Positions 17,151 through 27,650 are shown, counted from the first letter of the stretch. The stretch is DNA of 64,000 bases from Gammaproteobacteria bacterium (GCA_006218035.1 VBWC01000010.1:203572-267571); one strand, 5' to 3'. Made by a program: numbers and translations. The notes: a model not told the origin generated them from the letters alone.

Positions 17151-18415
17151 TGATCCCGCGTCAGTTACGCCCGGCAGGTGAACGCGTACCGTTGCCGGGC
17201 ATCAGTCCGCGGTCGTCCGGGGACAAGGCCGCGTCCGCGGCGGCAAACCTGCAGTTTCCGGGGTATCTCGCCCACTGGTACGGCTCGGGAACAGCGGCGC
17301 TGGCCGCAGCGCTGAAACTTGCGGCAAATCGTGCTACGACGACGCGCCCCGAAGTAGTGATGCCGGCTTATGCGTGTCCGGATGTCGTGAGCGCCGCGGT
17401 CTTCGCCGGCGTGCAGCCGGTGCTCGCGGACACGCTACCGGAGCTACCCTGGCTCGACCCTGTTAGCGTGGAAAGGTCCATCACCCGGCACACGGTTGCC
17501 TTACTGTCGATCAGATTTCTCGGGCTACCGTCGAACGACCAGGCACTGCGCCGCATGCTCGGCAGCGACGGACCGCTACTCATTGAAGACCACGCGCACG
17601 CTTTCCCGCTGGACATGCAAGTCCGCTCCAGCGCCGACCTGGTTGTCATCAGCTTCGGACGTGGCAAGCCGGTATCACTGCGGCGCGGCGGAGTTCTGCT
17701 GCAGACACTTGGCTCAACCGCAGCGAACGCGCTGCCCCCGCAGCCCGCCGATAGACGTGAAACCGGGGTCAGGCGGCTCACGCATCAGGCTAACTGTTTA
17801 CTCTACAACCTCTCGATTCAACCTGCGGTTTACCGGTTTCTTACAGGTGTGGCGAGAGTCCCGGTCGACGCCATTTCCTATCGTGAATTGACGGAACTCG
17901 AGCCGTTTCCGCACCGCCTGCACAGACTCCTGCCACAGGCGATCGACCGCCACAGAAGTACGGGGCGATGGCGCGAAGATACCATCGAGTCAATACTGCG
18001 CGGGCCGGACGTACCCTGGGTTGATGTCGCAACGCACAGCAGGCGCATGGCCGCCGCCGATTGCAGTACGGCCACACGCACCGACCGGCTATGGCGGTAT
18101 CCGTTGCTGCTGCGGTCAGAAACGGAGCGAGATCGATTGTTTGCCGGCCTTTGGCAGCAAGGACTGGGGCCGTCGCGAATGTATCGTCGTTTGCTCTCTG
18201 AGATTCCGGCCACCGCGACTTACGTGCGTTCAGGCGCCCACCCGGCCGCTGGCGACTTTGCCCGACGCTTGCTCACGTTGCCGTTGCATTCGGATGTCCG
18301 GAAGCGCGATTTGCTGGCTATGCGAAATTGCTTGGATCAATTTTCAGAGGTGTTTGACCAGACCGGCCGCACAGCCTTGCACCGATCCCATAAGGGTGCC
18401 AGGGTCGCGGACTGA
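17147..18415 (+). CDS. Divergent DegT/DnrJ-family PLP-fold protein
   Basis: PAYACPDV, IEDHAH, SFGRGK, RLLTLPLH. Confidence 0.75.
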   Translation: MMIPRQLRPAGERVPLPGISPRSSGDKAASAAANLQFPGYLAHWYGSGTAALAAALKLAANRATTTRPEVVMPAYACPDVVSAAVFAGVQPVLADTLPELPWLDPVSVERSITRHTVALLSIRFLGLPSNDQALRRMLGSDGPLLIEDHAHAFPLDMQVRSSADLVVISFGRGKPVSLRRGGVLLQTLGSTAANALPPQPADRRETGVRRLTHQANCLLYNLSIQPAVYRFLTGVARVPVDAISYRELTELEPFPHRLHRLLPQAIDRHRSTGRWREDTIESILRGPDVPWVDVATHSRRMAAADCSTATRTDRLWRYPLLLRSETERDRLFAGLWQQGLGPSRMYRRLLSEIPATATYVRSGAHPAAGDFARRLLTLPLHSDVRKRDLLAMRNCLDQFSEVFDQTGRTALHRSHKGARVAD

Positions 18416-18418
18416 CGT

Positions 18419-19177
18419 ATGGAAGCGCTCTCTAGACTTGACCTGCGCAAGCTGGATTCCCCCCTGGATGTCGGTGCGCGTATCACCGCCGCCTGCCGGA
18501 CGGCGCGGCTGGTTGTCGCGCGCACGCATCCGGCGGTGGGTCGCCACCGGGAATTCTGGGACGAGGCGCTGGCAGAACAATGCGAGCGTGTCCCGGTGGA
18601 CGAGGACGTCAAGACCGGCCTCGCGACCGGGAATTTGTGGTCCGACGTTGAATTCAACCCGGAATTCCAGCAATGTTTTCGCCACTCCAGTTCTGCACAA
18701 CCGCTACACACCGATGGCGCCTACCTTTCCGATCCGCCGCCGATCGTATTCCTGGTCTGCCACCGCGCCGCGCCGCGCGGCGGCGCAACCCTGTTCCTGG
18801 ACGGCCCGCAACTACTATCGCTGCTATCCACCGAACAACCCGAACTGTTGGCCATGGTCACTGCGTCACGCGCGCGCTTCAGGAAAGCAGACGTGGATGT
18901 CGAATCGACGATCATCGCTGCGCATCCGGCGGGGCCGTTGCTGCGGTGGAACTATTACGCGATGAGAAATCAGGCGTCGCCCGCTTTGCTCGCCGTCGTG
19001 GAAAAATTTCATTGCTTTCTGCAGGACACCGTCGACCGGTCACTGCCGCTTGCGGTCCGGCTCAATGAAGGCGATGCTGTGTTCTTCCACGACGCTCGTG
19101 TGCTGCATGGACGAGATGGTTTTACGGCCAGCATCACCGGCGATCGATGCTTGTGGAAAGGCGCTCTACGGATTTAA
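18419..19177 (+). CDS. TauD/TfdA-family Fe(II)/2-oxoglutarate dioxygenase
   Basis: LHTDG...GGAT...VLHGR facial triad and distal Arg. Confidence 0.85.
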   Translation: MEALSRLDLRKLDSPLDVGARITAACRTARLVVARTHPAVGRHREFWDEALAEQCERVPVDEDVKTGLATGNLWSDVEFNPEFQQCFRHSSSAQPLHTDGAYLSDPPPIVFLVCHRAAPRGGATLFLDGPQLLSLLSTEQPELLAMVTASRARFRKADVDVESTIIAAHPAGPLLRWNYYAMRNQASPALLAVVEKFHCFLQDTVDRSLPLAVRLNEGDAVFFHDARVLHGRDGFTASITGDRCLWKGALRI

Positions 19178-19206
19178 CGGCGAACAACGAATGTGTGAAT
19201 AACGGC

Positions 19207-20502
19207 GTGAAGCGACTCCTCTCGATCAATAACTATCACTACCGCCGCGCCGGCTCCGACGCGTTATTTCTGGATCAGGATCGTTTGTTTCAGGCACGCG
19301 GCTGGCAGACGGCGGTATTCTCCATGAAGCATCGCGACAACCTCGCTACTCCATGGCAGGAATTCTTCGTCGATGAGCTCGAGTTCGGCGGCGACTACTC
19401 GTTGCCCACCCGGCTGCGGCTGGCGGGCAAGGTGCTGTATTCACGCGAGGCCCGCGCCAACATCAGCCGTCTTCTCGATCGTTACAGTCCGGACGTGGTG
19501 CATATTCACAGTATCTATCACCATATTTCTCCCGCGATCCTGCCGGTACTGGGTCGCCGCAGTGTGCCGATCGTGATGACCGCTCACGATTACAAGCTGC
19601 TCTGTCCCGCCTACAAAATGTACGATGGCAACAGCGTGTGCGAAGAATGTCGTGGCGGCCGGGTGTTGCCGCTAATCCGCAAGCGCTGCCTGCATGGTTC
19701 AGCAGCGGTGAGTTCACTGGTCGCGATGGAGTCGGTGTTTCACCGCTGGGCAGGATTTTATGAGCGTCATATCGACAGACTGATATGTCCCAGCCGGTTT
19801 ATGTTTGACAAATTTGTTGCGTGGGGATGGCCGAGCGAACGACTGGTTCATCTCTGTAACTTCTTCGACGAAAGGCTGTGGACACCATCCTTCCAGCCGG
19901 GCAGGTATTTCTTATATTTCGGCCGGCTCGCGCCCGAGAAAGGGCTCGCGACTTTTATACGCGCCGCGGCGCAGGCGAAATCAGCGATCAAGATCGTCGG
20001 CTGGGGAGCGGAACGCAATTTTCTGCAGACACTCGCTGACCAACTGCACGTCGCGGTGGAATTCATCGATCACGTACCGCCGGCCCTGCTGGCCTCATTG
20101 ATCGGCAATGCACGTGCCGTCGTAGTGCCGTCGGAATGGTACGAGAACGCGTCTCTCGCGATTCTGGAGTCGTTTGCCAGCGGCAAACCGGTCATTGCTG
20201 CCGGCATCGGCGGCATTCCGGAAATGGTCATCGACGGCGATAACGGCTGGTTGTTTCCCCCGGGTGATGCCGCAGCGCTGGCCAGCCGTCTGGATGAAGT
20301 GGCTTCAATGCCGGATAGCGAAGTGGAATCCTTCGGCCGCAGGGCGCGCCTGTTTGTTGAACGACATTACAGCGCTGATCGGTATTTTGCGGAGATGACC
20401 CGTCTTTACGCCGACCTTGGCGCCAGGGAGCGCTTGAATACAGGGTATTCCGTGGCGGAACGACTGGAGCCACAGGCGGGCTCCAGTCGAGTGGGTGACT
20501 GA
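19207..20502 (+). CDS. Glycosyltransferase family 4
   Basis: PSEWYENASLAILES EX7E motif; CxxC insert; paralog of 43883-45118. GTG 19207 chosen by alignment to that paralog. Confidence 0.9.
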   Translation: MKRLLSINNYHYRRAGSDALFLDQDRLFQARGWQTAVFSMKHRDNLATPWQEFFVDELEFGGDYSLPTRLRLAGKVLYSREARANISRLLDRYSPDVVHIHSIYHHISPAILPVLGRRSVPIVMTAHDYKLLCPAYKMYDGNSVCEECRGGRVLPLIRKRCLHGSAAVSSLVAMESVFHRWAGFYERHIDRLICPSRFMFDKFVAWGWPSERLVHLCNFFDERLWTPSFQPGRYFLYFGRLAPEKGLATFIRAAAQAKSAIKIVGWGAERNFLQTLADQLHVAVEFIDHVPPALLASLIGNARAVVVPSEWYENASLAILESFASGKPVIAAGIGGIPEMVIDGDNGWLFPPGDAAALASRLDEVASMPDSEVESFGRRARLFVERHYSADRYFAEMTRLYADLGARERLNTGYSVAERLEPQAGSSRVGD

Positions 20503-21182
20503 TGAAACAACTCAACAAGTCAACGGGCGTGTTTTCTACCGTATCCGGCAGGACAGGCGGCACCCTGCACGGCGAATATACCAAACGGATTGTCGATCTG
20601 GTCATCGCGATTCCGTTGTCCTTGATGGCGCTGCCGCTAATGCTGCTGTTGATGTTGCTGATACGCCTCGATTCGTCCGGGAGTCCGGTTTTCACGCAAA
20701 CTCGCGTTGGCCGTGGCGGACGGCCGTTTACGATATACAAGCTACGGACCTTTCACACCCGCAGCTTCGGGATCTTTCCGGACGAGGAAATCCGCTGGGG
20801 GGATCCGCGTGTCACCCGGGCAGGCCATTTATTGAGACGCAGCAAGCTTGATGAATTACTACAGCTGGTCAATATCCTGATGGGCGACATGTCGCTCGTC
20901 GGACCACGGCCGGATATCCCCTGTCAGGCCAGCGCTTACGGCGATGTTGAGTCGCGACGACTGGCCTTGCGGCCCGGACTCACGGGAATTGCACAGATCA
21001 GCGGGAACACCTGGCTGGGCTGGTCGCAGCGCATTCAATTGGATCTGTGGTACATCGACAACAGGTCGTTGCTCCTGGATCTCAAGATTCTGTTACTGAC
21101 GATACCCGTGATGCTGCGCGGTGAACGACGCGTCGATGACCCGCTAAACGTATGCAAACTGCTGTCGATCAACTCGCCGTGA
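20502..21182 (+). CDS. Monotopic phosphoglycosyltransferase (Bac_transf, PglC-like), short form
   Basis: KRIVDL, LRRSKLDELLQL, GDMSLVGPRP, PGLTGIAQ, DLWYI. Confidence 0.92.
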   Translation: MKQLNKSTGVFSTVSGRTGGTLHGEYTKRIVDLVIAIPLSLMALPLMLLLMLLIRLDSSGSPVFTQTRVGRGGRPFTIYKLRTFHTRSFGIFPDEEIRWGDPRVTRAGHLLRRSKLDELLQLVNILMGDMSLVGPRPDIPCQASAYGDVESRRLALRPGLTGIAQISGNTWLGWSQRIQLDLWYIDNRSLLLDLKILLLTIPVMLRGERRVDDPLNVCKLLSINSP

Positions 21183-21287
21183 GACGAAGCGACAGCCGGA
21201 TAATTCATTGATCAGGGCGCCTTGCGCAGGAAAGAAAACCGCCTGGCGCCAAACACGGCGATCCGGACCGGAAAGAGCGTAGCAATC

Positions 21288-21323
21288 GCTCCCGGATACC
21301 CGCGCAAGGGGGTATCCGGGAGC
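21288..21323. terminator. 14-bp perfect stem-loop after the glycan islet
   Basis: GCTCCCGGATACCC / GGGTATCCGGGAGC. Confidence 0.45.
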
Positions 21324-21750
21324 ATCCCACGCACCCGCCATCACCGGCGGGCACCGGTTCTCCCCCGCGACTTTTATGCTTTTTTTGCCGCCCATACGCG
21401 GTAACAGTCGGTTTTTTTAACCGACCGGGCCATTCGACCGCGGATTCGGTATCATAGGCGTCCCTGTCGGGAGGGTCCCTGATGGTTCCGGCGACAAGAA
21501 CAATCCGCGGATAAATGCCATCGCCGTCGATACGCGCCAGCAGCTCGCATCGACGGCGCCGCCTGGCAGTACGCGGTAACATCTGGTGCGAGACGCGGCA
21601 TGGATCGCCAGAGGGTTCCGCGCACTCCCGCTTGTTAACGGAGACGCGGCACGCACACCGGATATCAGGGATATGGGCGCTTGTTGCAGCCGATCCACAG
21701 GGTCAGCTGCGCGGGAATCAACGATTCTTTTTGGGAGCGGGGAGTTACCA

Positions 21751-23082
21751 ATGACGAACAACAAATTACTGGCCGTCTGGGCCTGTGCCTTTCTCGGCCT
21801 GAGTATGGTCGCCACCGCAGACGATCAGACGGAGCGCACGTGGTATCTGGCGCCGGCGCTGGGCTACGTTGTGTCTGACAGCGACCGAGCCGCGGATGAC
21901 GGCTTCAATATGCAGCTGGGCATCGGACGGCTGATCAACGACAAGTGGAATCTCGAGCTGAACGCGACCCACTCGGCGATGGATTTCAGCAACACCAGCG
22001 GTGAATACGATCAGGGCGGCATCGAACTCGACGGTCTGTATTTCTTCAGCCGGGAACGCCGCTGGAATCCCTACGGCCTGCTCGGTATCGGCACGATGGA
22101 TACCGAAGTCCCCGGCAAGAGCGCCGCCAACCTGCTCGCCAGCGCCGGCGGCGGCGTGATGCATACGCTGAACGAACGCGGCATTGCGCTGCGTGTCGAC
22201 GCGCGCTACCGGTATGACGACGACAACTCCAGCCGCGCGGGTCAGAGCAGCTTCGCGGACTGGGTGTTTAACGCCGGTTTGACGATCCCGTTTGGCGGAA
22301 AAATGCAGACAGAAGCGGCGGCGCCGGTCGGTGACAGCGACGGCGACGGCGTCAACGATGCCGACGATCGCTGTGCGGATACGCCGGCAGGAACGCCGGT
22401 CGACGGCACCGGTTGCCTGGTGGATGCCGATCATGACGGCGTCACCGACAGTAAGGACCGCTGCCCGAAGACGCCGGCCGCGCGCAAGGTGAATGCACAA
22501 GGCTGCGAGAACGACAGCGATCGGGACGGCGTCGTGGACGACCTCGACCGCTGCCCCGGCACGCCTGCCGGCATGAAGGTGAGCGCCCTCGGCTGCGAGA
22601 TGGACAGCGATGCCGACGGCATCGTCGACAGCAAGGATCAGTGCGCCGGCTCCAGGGCGGGTGACAAGGTCGACCCGAACGGTTGCCTGAGCGCGATGGA
22701 TCAATCCGTCCCGCCAGGTCTTACGTTCTCGGTTACCGGCGAGACGTTCACGCTACGCGGCGTGACGTTTGAATATGACTCGGCATTGCTGACCAAGGGA
22801 TCCGAAACGGTATTGACGGGCATTGCCGCGACGTTGCGCGACCGTCCGGAACTGCGCATCGAGATCAGCGGCCATACCGATAACCGCGGAACGGAACCCT
22901 ATAACACCGCGCTCTCGCAGCAGCGTGCCGAGGCGGTGCGGGCGTTTCTGATCAAGAACGGTGTTGCGGAGGCGAATGTCGATGCCAAGGGTTACGGCCC
23001 GATCCGGCCGATCGCGGATAACGGCAGCAAGGAAGGTCAGGCCCAGAATCGCCGCGTCGAGCTGCGCGTTCTTGGCAAGTAA
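21751..23082 (+). CDS. OmpA/OprF-family outer-membrane protein with thrombospondin type-3 repeats
   Basis: Signal peptide from ATG 21751 (GGAG RBS); beta-barrel; four DxDxDGV..D.C..(T/S).....V...GC repeats; GHTD and NRRVE peptidoglycan-binding domain. Confidence 0.92.
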   Translation: MTNNKLLAVWACAFLGLSMVATADDQTERTWYLAPALGYVVSDSDRAADDGFNMQLGIGRLINDKWNLELNATHSAMDFSNTSGEYDQGGIELDGLYFFSRERRWNPYGLLGIGTMDTEVPGKSAANLLASAGGGVMHTLNERGIALRVDARYRYDDDNSSRAGQSSFADWVFNAGLTIPFGGKMQTEAAAPVGDSDGDGVNDADDRCADTPAGTPVDGTGCLVDADHDGVTDSKDRCPKTPAARKVNAQGCENDSDRDGVVDDLDRCPGTPAGMKVSALGCEMDSDADGIVDSKDQCAGSRAGDKVDPNGCLSAMDQSVPPGLTFSVTGETFTLRGVTFEYDSALLTKGSETVLTGIAATLRDRPELRIEISGHTDNRGTEPYNTALSQQRAEAVRAFLIKNGVAEANVDAKGYGPIRPIADNGSKEGQAQNRRVELRVLGK

Positions 23083-23100
23083 ACACTGCCACCGGTAGAC

Positions 23101-23139
23101 CCCGGCAGCGCGATACCGTTCGTGTATCGCGCTGCCGGG
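23101..23139 (+). terminator. 16-bp stem-loop after the OmpA-family gene
   Basis: CCCGGCAGCGCGATAC / GTATCGCGCTGCCGGG; weak U-tract. Confidence 0.5.
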
Positions 23140-23257
23140 GTCACTGTATTGCCGGTGCGCGTTGGCGATCCCCGCCGGGCGTAACGAGCTGCCGTTACTA
23201 TGCCTGCTGTTTCACCGGCAGCACCCTTGCCCCGCGGATTGGTTATCATAGTCTCCC

Positions 23258-24199
23258 TTGATGCATCCGCTCACCATGACTCCGGCAATCAACATACAGT
23301 CCGTACACAAACGTTTCGGCAGCGTGAACGCGCTCAAGGGCGTGAGTCTTACGATCAACGGCGGCGAGTTTTTCGGCCTGCTCGGCCCGAACGGCGCCGG
23401 CAAGTCCACGCTGATCAATATCATCGCCGGACTGACGCGTGCCGATGAAGGCGACGTCGCCGTGCTCGGCCATCACGTCGTCAGGAATTACCGCCAGTCC
23501 CGGCGCTGCATCGGCGTCGTACCTCAGGAACTGGTCTACGATCCGTTCTTCACAGTGCGCGAGGCGCTGCGTATCCAGGCCGGTTACTTCGGCCTCGGCC
23601 GCGAGAATGACCCGTGGATCGACGAGCTACTCGACGCGCTGATGCTCGGCGACAAGCGCGATACCAATATGCGCGCGCTGTCCGGCGGCATGAAGCGCCG
23701 CGTGTTGATCGCGCAGGCGCTGGTGCACAAACCGGAGGTCGTCGTGCTCGACGAGCCGACTGCGGGCGTCGACGTCGAACTGCGCCAGTCGTTGTGGGCG
23801 TTTGTGAAGCGTTTGCATCGTGACGGCCATACCATCGTATTGACGACGCACTATCTCGAGGAGGCCGAGGCGCTGTGCGACCGCATCGCGATCCTGAATC
23901 ACGGCGAGGTGATCGCGCTCGATACGACCCAGGGCCTGCTGGAGCGCGGCATCGGCCGCACGCTGCGCGTCTGCGTGACGACCGCCGCGCCGGTGACCGG
24001 CCTGACGGGGAAATACGCGGCCAAGATCGTCCGCCAGGCGGGCAACCGCCTTGACCTGCAGCTGGAGCGCAGCAGCGATTCGGTGGTCGACATGCTCGAC
24101 GCCGTACGCCAGTGCGGCGCGACGATCATTGATCTGTCCACCGAGGAGGCGGATCTCGAGGACGTATTTGTCGAACTGACCAGGCGAAAAAAAGCATGA
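23258..24199 (+). CDS. yadG: ABC-2 type transporter ATP-binding protein (YadG-like)
   Basis: GPNGAGKST, LSGGMKRR, LDEPTAGVD, TTHY. Confidence 0.88.
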   Translation: MMHPLTMTPAINIQSVHKRFGSVNALKGVSLTINGGEFFGLLGPNGAGKSTLINIIAGLTRADEGDVAVLGHHVVRNYRQSRRCIGVVPQELVYDPFFTVREALRIQAGYFGLGRENDPWIDELLDALMLGDKRDTNMRALSGGMKRRVLIAQALVHKPEVVVLDEPTAGVDVELRQSLWAFVKRLHRDGHTIVLTTHYLEEAEALCDRIAILNHGEVIALDTTQGLLERGIGRTLRVCVTTAAPVTGLTGKYAAKIVRQAGNRLDLQLERSSDSVVDMLDAVRQCGATIIDLSTEEADLEDVFVELTRRKKA

Positions 24200-24957
24200 A
24201 CTGGCGCGGCATGCAGACGCTGTTTCGCAAGGAGCTGCTGCGCTTCTACAAGGTCGGTCTGCAGACACTGGCCGCACCGGTTATGACGACGCTGTTGTAT
24301 CTGCTGGTGTTCGCCCAGGCGTTGCAGGAGCGTGTCCAGGTGTTCACCGGCGTCGATTACGCGCCGTTTCTGCTGGCCGGGCTGATCATGATGTCGATCA
24401 CGCAGAACGCCTTTGCCAACAGCTCGTCAAGCCTGATCCAGTCCAAGGTCACCGGCAATATCGTGTTCATCCTGCTGACGCCGCTGTCGCACGTCGAGTT
24501 CTTTCTGGCGTTTGTCGCGGCAGCGGTGGTGCGCGGCCTCGCGGTCGGCCTCGGCGTGTACCTGGCCGCCGTGTTGCTGGTGCCGCTGCCGATACACAAC
24601 CCGGGCTGGCTGGTGTTGTTCGCGGTGCTCAACAGCGCCGCGCTCGGCACGGTCGGCGTGATCGCCGGCATCTGGGCGGAAAAGTTCGACCAGCTCGCCG
24701 GCTTCCAGAATTTCATTATCATCCCGCTGTCGTTTCTGAGCGGCGTGTTCTACTCGATCCACGCACTGCCGGATTTCTGGCAACGCGCCTCGCACCTGAA
24801 CCCGTTCTTTTACATGATCGACGGCTTTCGTTACGGCTTCTTCGGCGCATCCGATATCGATCCGTCGATCAGCCTGGCGGTGGTAGTGTCGGTATTCGCG
24901 GCGCTGGTGACACTGACGCTGTGGATGCTGCGCAGCGGCTACAAGCTGCGTAACTAG
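24196..24957 (+). CDS. yadH: ABC-2 type transporter permease (YadH-like)
   Basis: Six TM segments; FLSGVFYS, NPFFYMIDGFRYGF; overlaps the yadG stop. Confidence 0.88.
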   Translation: MNWRGMQTLFRKELLRFYKVGLQTLAAPVMTTLLYLLVFAQALQERVQVFTGVDYAPFLLAGLIMMSITQNAFANSSSSLIQSKVTGNIVFILLTPLSHVEFFLAFVAAAVVRGLAVGLGVYLAAVLLVPLPIHNPGWLVLFAVLNSAALGTVGVIAGIWAEKFDQLAGFQNFIIIPLSFLSGVFYSIHALPDFWQRASHLNPFFYMIDGFRYGFFGASDIDPSISLAVVVSVFAALVTLTLWMLRSGYKLRN

Positions 24958-25015
24958 CGCGCATCCATCCTCATGCTGATTTCGTGCCGCCCCGGAAAGC
25001 TGGCATAATGGCCCG

Positions 25016-26047
25016 GTGGATCAACTGACCCTGACACGTCCCGACGACTGGCACATTCATCTGCGTGACGATGCCGCGTTGACCACGACCGTGCCGCATG
25101 TCGCGCGCTGTTTCGGCCGCGCGATCGTCATGCCCAATCTGGTACCGCCGGTCACCACCACCAGACTGGCGCTGGCCTATCGCCAACGCATACTGGCCGC
25201 GGTACCGGCCGGCGCGAAATTCACACCGCTGATGACGCTGTATCTGACCGACGACACGCCAACCGGCGAGATCACGCAGACACTCGGCAGCAGCGTCAGC
25301 GCCGTCAAGCTCTATCCGGTCGGCGCGACGACCAACTCCGCTGCCGGCGTGACCGATATCCGCAAGACCTTCAACGTGCTCGCGGAAATGGAACGCTGCG
25401 GCATGCCGCTGCTGCTGCACGGCGAGTCGGTCGGCAAAGACATCGATATCTTCGACCGGGAGCGCATCTTCATCGACAGGGAGCTGGCGCCGCTGGTCAG
25501 GCAGTTCCCGGAACTGAAGATTGTGTTCGAGCACATTACCACCCGGGCCGCGGTCGATTTCGTGATCTCCGCGCCGGCAACAGTCGCGGCGACAATTACC
25601 GCGCATCATCTGCTGCTCAACAGAAACGCGATGCTGGCCGGCGGTATCCGCCCGCATCATTACTGTCTGCCGGTGCTGAAACGCGAAACCGACCGGCAGG
25701 CGCTGGTGTCTGCCGCGACCGGCGGCAACCCGAAGTTCTTCCTTGGAACCGACAGCGCGCCGCACGCGAAACACACCAAGGAAGCGGCCTGCGGTTGCGC
25801 CGGCATCTATACCGCGCACGCCGCGATCGAGTTGTATGCGCAGGTGTTTGACAAGGCCGGCAAGCTTGACCGGCTGGAGAACTTCGCCAGTCGCTTCGGA
25901 CCCGCGTTCTACGGGCTGCCGATCAACGACGATAGCATCACGCTGCAACGCGCCGACACGCCGGTGGCGCCGGAATTCGCGCTCGGCAAGGACAAGCTCG
26001 TACCGTTCATGGCCGGCGGTACGGTCGGCTGGCAACTGATGGCCTGA
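25016..26047 (+). CDS. pyrC: Dihydroorotase (homodimeric type)
   Basis: [34 protein letters not shown]. Confidence 0.97.
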   Translation: MDQLTLTRPDDWHIHLRDDAALTTTVPHVARCFGRAIVMPNLVPPVTTTRLALAYRQRILAAVPAGAKFTPLMTLYLTDDTPTGEITQTLGSSVSAVKLYPVGATTNSAAGVTDIRKTFNVLAEMERCGMPLLLHGESVGKDIDIFDRERIFIDRELAPLVRQFPELKIVFEHITTRAAVDFVISAPATVAATITAHHLLLNRNAMLAGGIRPHHYCLPVLKRETDRQALVSAATGGNPKFFLGTDSAPHAKHTKEAACGCAGIYTAHAAIELYAQVFDKAGKLDRLENFASRFGPAFYGLPINDDSITLQRADTPVAPEFALGKDKLVPFMAGGTVGWQLMA

Positions 26048-26050
26048 CGC

Positions 26051-26704
26051 ATGACCGCCGACGCTACCGAAACCGTCAACAACCACGCGGGCGCCAGAAT
26101 CGCCGAGCGTTTCCGCGGTTTTCTGCCGGTGGTCGTGGACGTTGAAACCGCCGGCTTTAACGCCCAGACCGATGCGCTGCTCGAGATCGCCGCGGTCATT
26201 CTGACGATGGACGGCGCCGGCCGATTGTCACCCGGCCAGACCATCGCCTGTCATGTCGAGCCGTTTCCCGGCGCGAACCTTGAACAGAGCTCGCTCGCGT
26301 TCAACGGCATCGATCCTCATCATCCGTTCCGTGACGCATTGCCCGAGCGCGAGGCGCTGGATGCCGTATTCGCACCGGTGCGCGAAGCGGTGCGGAAAAC
26401 CAGTTGCTCGCGCGCGATACTGGTCGGCCACAACGCGTTTTTCGATCTCGGCTTTGTCAACGCCGCGATCGCCCGTACCGGGCATAAGAAAAGTCCGTTT
26501 CACCAGTTCAGCAGCCTGGATACGGTGACGCTGGCGGCACTGGTGTACGGCCAGACGGTGCTCGCCCGCGCGGTGCAGGCGGCAGGCCTGGACTGGCAGG
26601 AGGAGGAAGCGCACTCGGCGATCTACGACGCGGAAATCACCGCGGCGCTTTTTTGCCGGATGGTGAACCGGTGGCATGACCTGACCGCCACGACCGGTCT
26701 TTAG
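26051..26704 (+). CDS. rnt: Ribonuclease T
   Basis: [31 protein letters not shown]; conserved pyrC-rnt order. Confidence 0.97.
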   Translation: MTADATETVNNHAGARIAERFRGFLPVVVDVETAGFNAQTDALLEIAAVILTMDGAGRLSPGQTIACHVEPFPGANLEQSSLAFNGIDPHHPFRDALPEREALDAVFAPVREAVRKTSCSRAILVGHNAFFDLGFVNAAIARTGHKKSPFHQFSSLDTVTLAALVYGQTVLARAVQAAGLDWQEEEAHSAIYDAEITAALFCRMVNRWHDLTATTGL

Positions 26705-26713
26705 CGGTTCGGC

Positions 26714-27034
26714 CTAGGCCGCGGGCTTCGCGCCAGCGACAAGCTTCTGCAGTTCGCCACGCTCGTACAGCTCCTTCATGATGTCGGAACCGCCGATCAG
26801 CTCGCCGTTGATATAGAGCTGCGGAAACGTCGGCCAGTTCGCCACCTGCGGCAGCGTGCGGCGGATGTCAGGCTCTTCGAGTATGTTGACGGTCTCGAAC
26901 TTCGCGCCGCAGGTCCGGAGCAGCTGTGTAGCGAGGCTCGAGAAACCGCATTGCGGGAAATCGGGCGTGCCCTTCATGTAAAGTAAAATCGGATTGCCGG
27001 CTATCTGTTGCTTGATTCGTTCGACCGTGTCCAT
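26714..27034 (-). CDS. grxD: Monothiol glutaredoxin Grx4
   Basis: KGTPDFPQCGFS, WPTFPQL, GGSDI. Confidence 0.97.
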   Translation of the reverse strand: MDTVERIKQQIAGNPILLYMKGTPDFPQCGFSSLATQLLRTCGAKFETVNILEEPDIRRTLPQVANWPTFPQLYINGELIGGSDIMKELYERGELQKLVAGAKPAA

Positions 27035-27493
27035 CGCCTTTCTCGCTTATCAGAAAAAACAGCCGGAAGGGCTGTCGCATGGGCGGTTATTGTAGCGGGA
27101 ACGTTAGTCGAAAAAAACGCAAGGTTTTCTGTGGGCTTGTTCAGGCAGATCCGATCCGACGCCGGGACACCGTCAGTAGCCGTCCGTCGCCTGTCCATCC
27201 ACGCGACGGACGGCTTTGGCAGCGATATCAATGCACAGGAAAAATCGCCGCGATCCTGGACGCGTCGCGGCAACGCTGCACTGGCAGGCGCGCCATTCCC
27301 TCGCGATCGCGACGGCCCCGGCAGCTGTCGCCATGAGTGCCTCCGCGGACAGCGGTTAATCCGGCCGTTTGCGCCGTGAAACCAGTGCCATACGGCTGGC
27401 CAAACTACCATCTTGCGTTAAAACTTAGTATAGTAGTCGGCCTTTCGACGGGTAACGTCGTTGCATCAACAAGACAGGTTTGCAGGAGGCGAT

Positions 27494-27589
27494 ATGAATC
27501 CACTTGATTCCATTCCGGGCACGATAATCTCCGGTGTGATACTGACCGTGATTCTCGCGTTAGTGATCAAGGTGCTGGCGGGCGCGTAA
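27494..27589 (+). CDS. Small (31 aa) single-TM protein MNPLDSIPGTIISGVILTVILALVIKVLAGA
   Basis: Strong AGGAGG RBS before ATG 27494; one hydrophobic helix; below the ORF-track size cut-off. Confidence 0.7.
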   Translation: MNPLDSIPGTIISGVILTVILALVIKVLAGA

Positions 27590-27650
27590 CACCGTATTGG
27601 TCCACGACTGCGGCAGGGTTCCGACAAGCGTAATCGACGAGGTAATTAAT

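Noticed and set aside
22330..22690. DxDxDG...C repeats in the OmpA-family protein as a novel repeat
   Set aside because: Ordinary thrombospondin type-3 calcium-binding repeats, well known in this family.
27160..27215. 13-bp hairpin with a CCATCCA loop upstream of grxD
   Set aside because: Single copy in the window and lacks the defined ends of the mini-elements; probably a decayed REP-like sequence.
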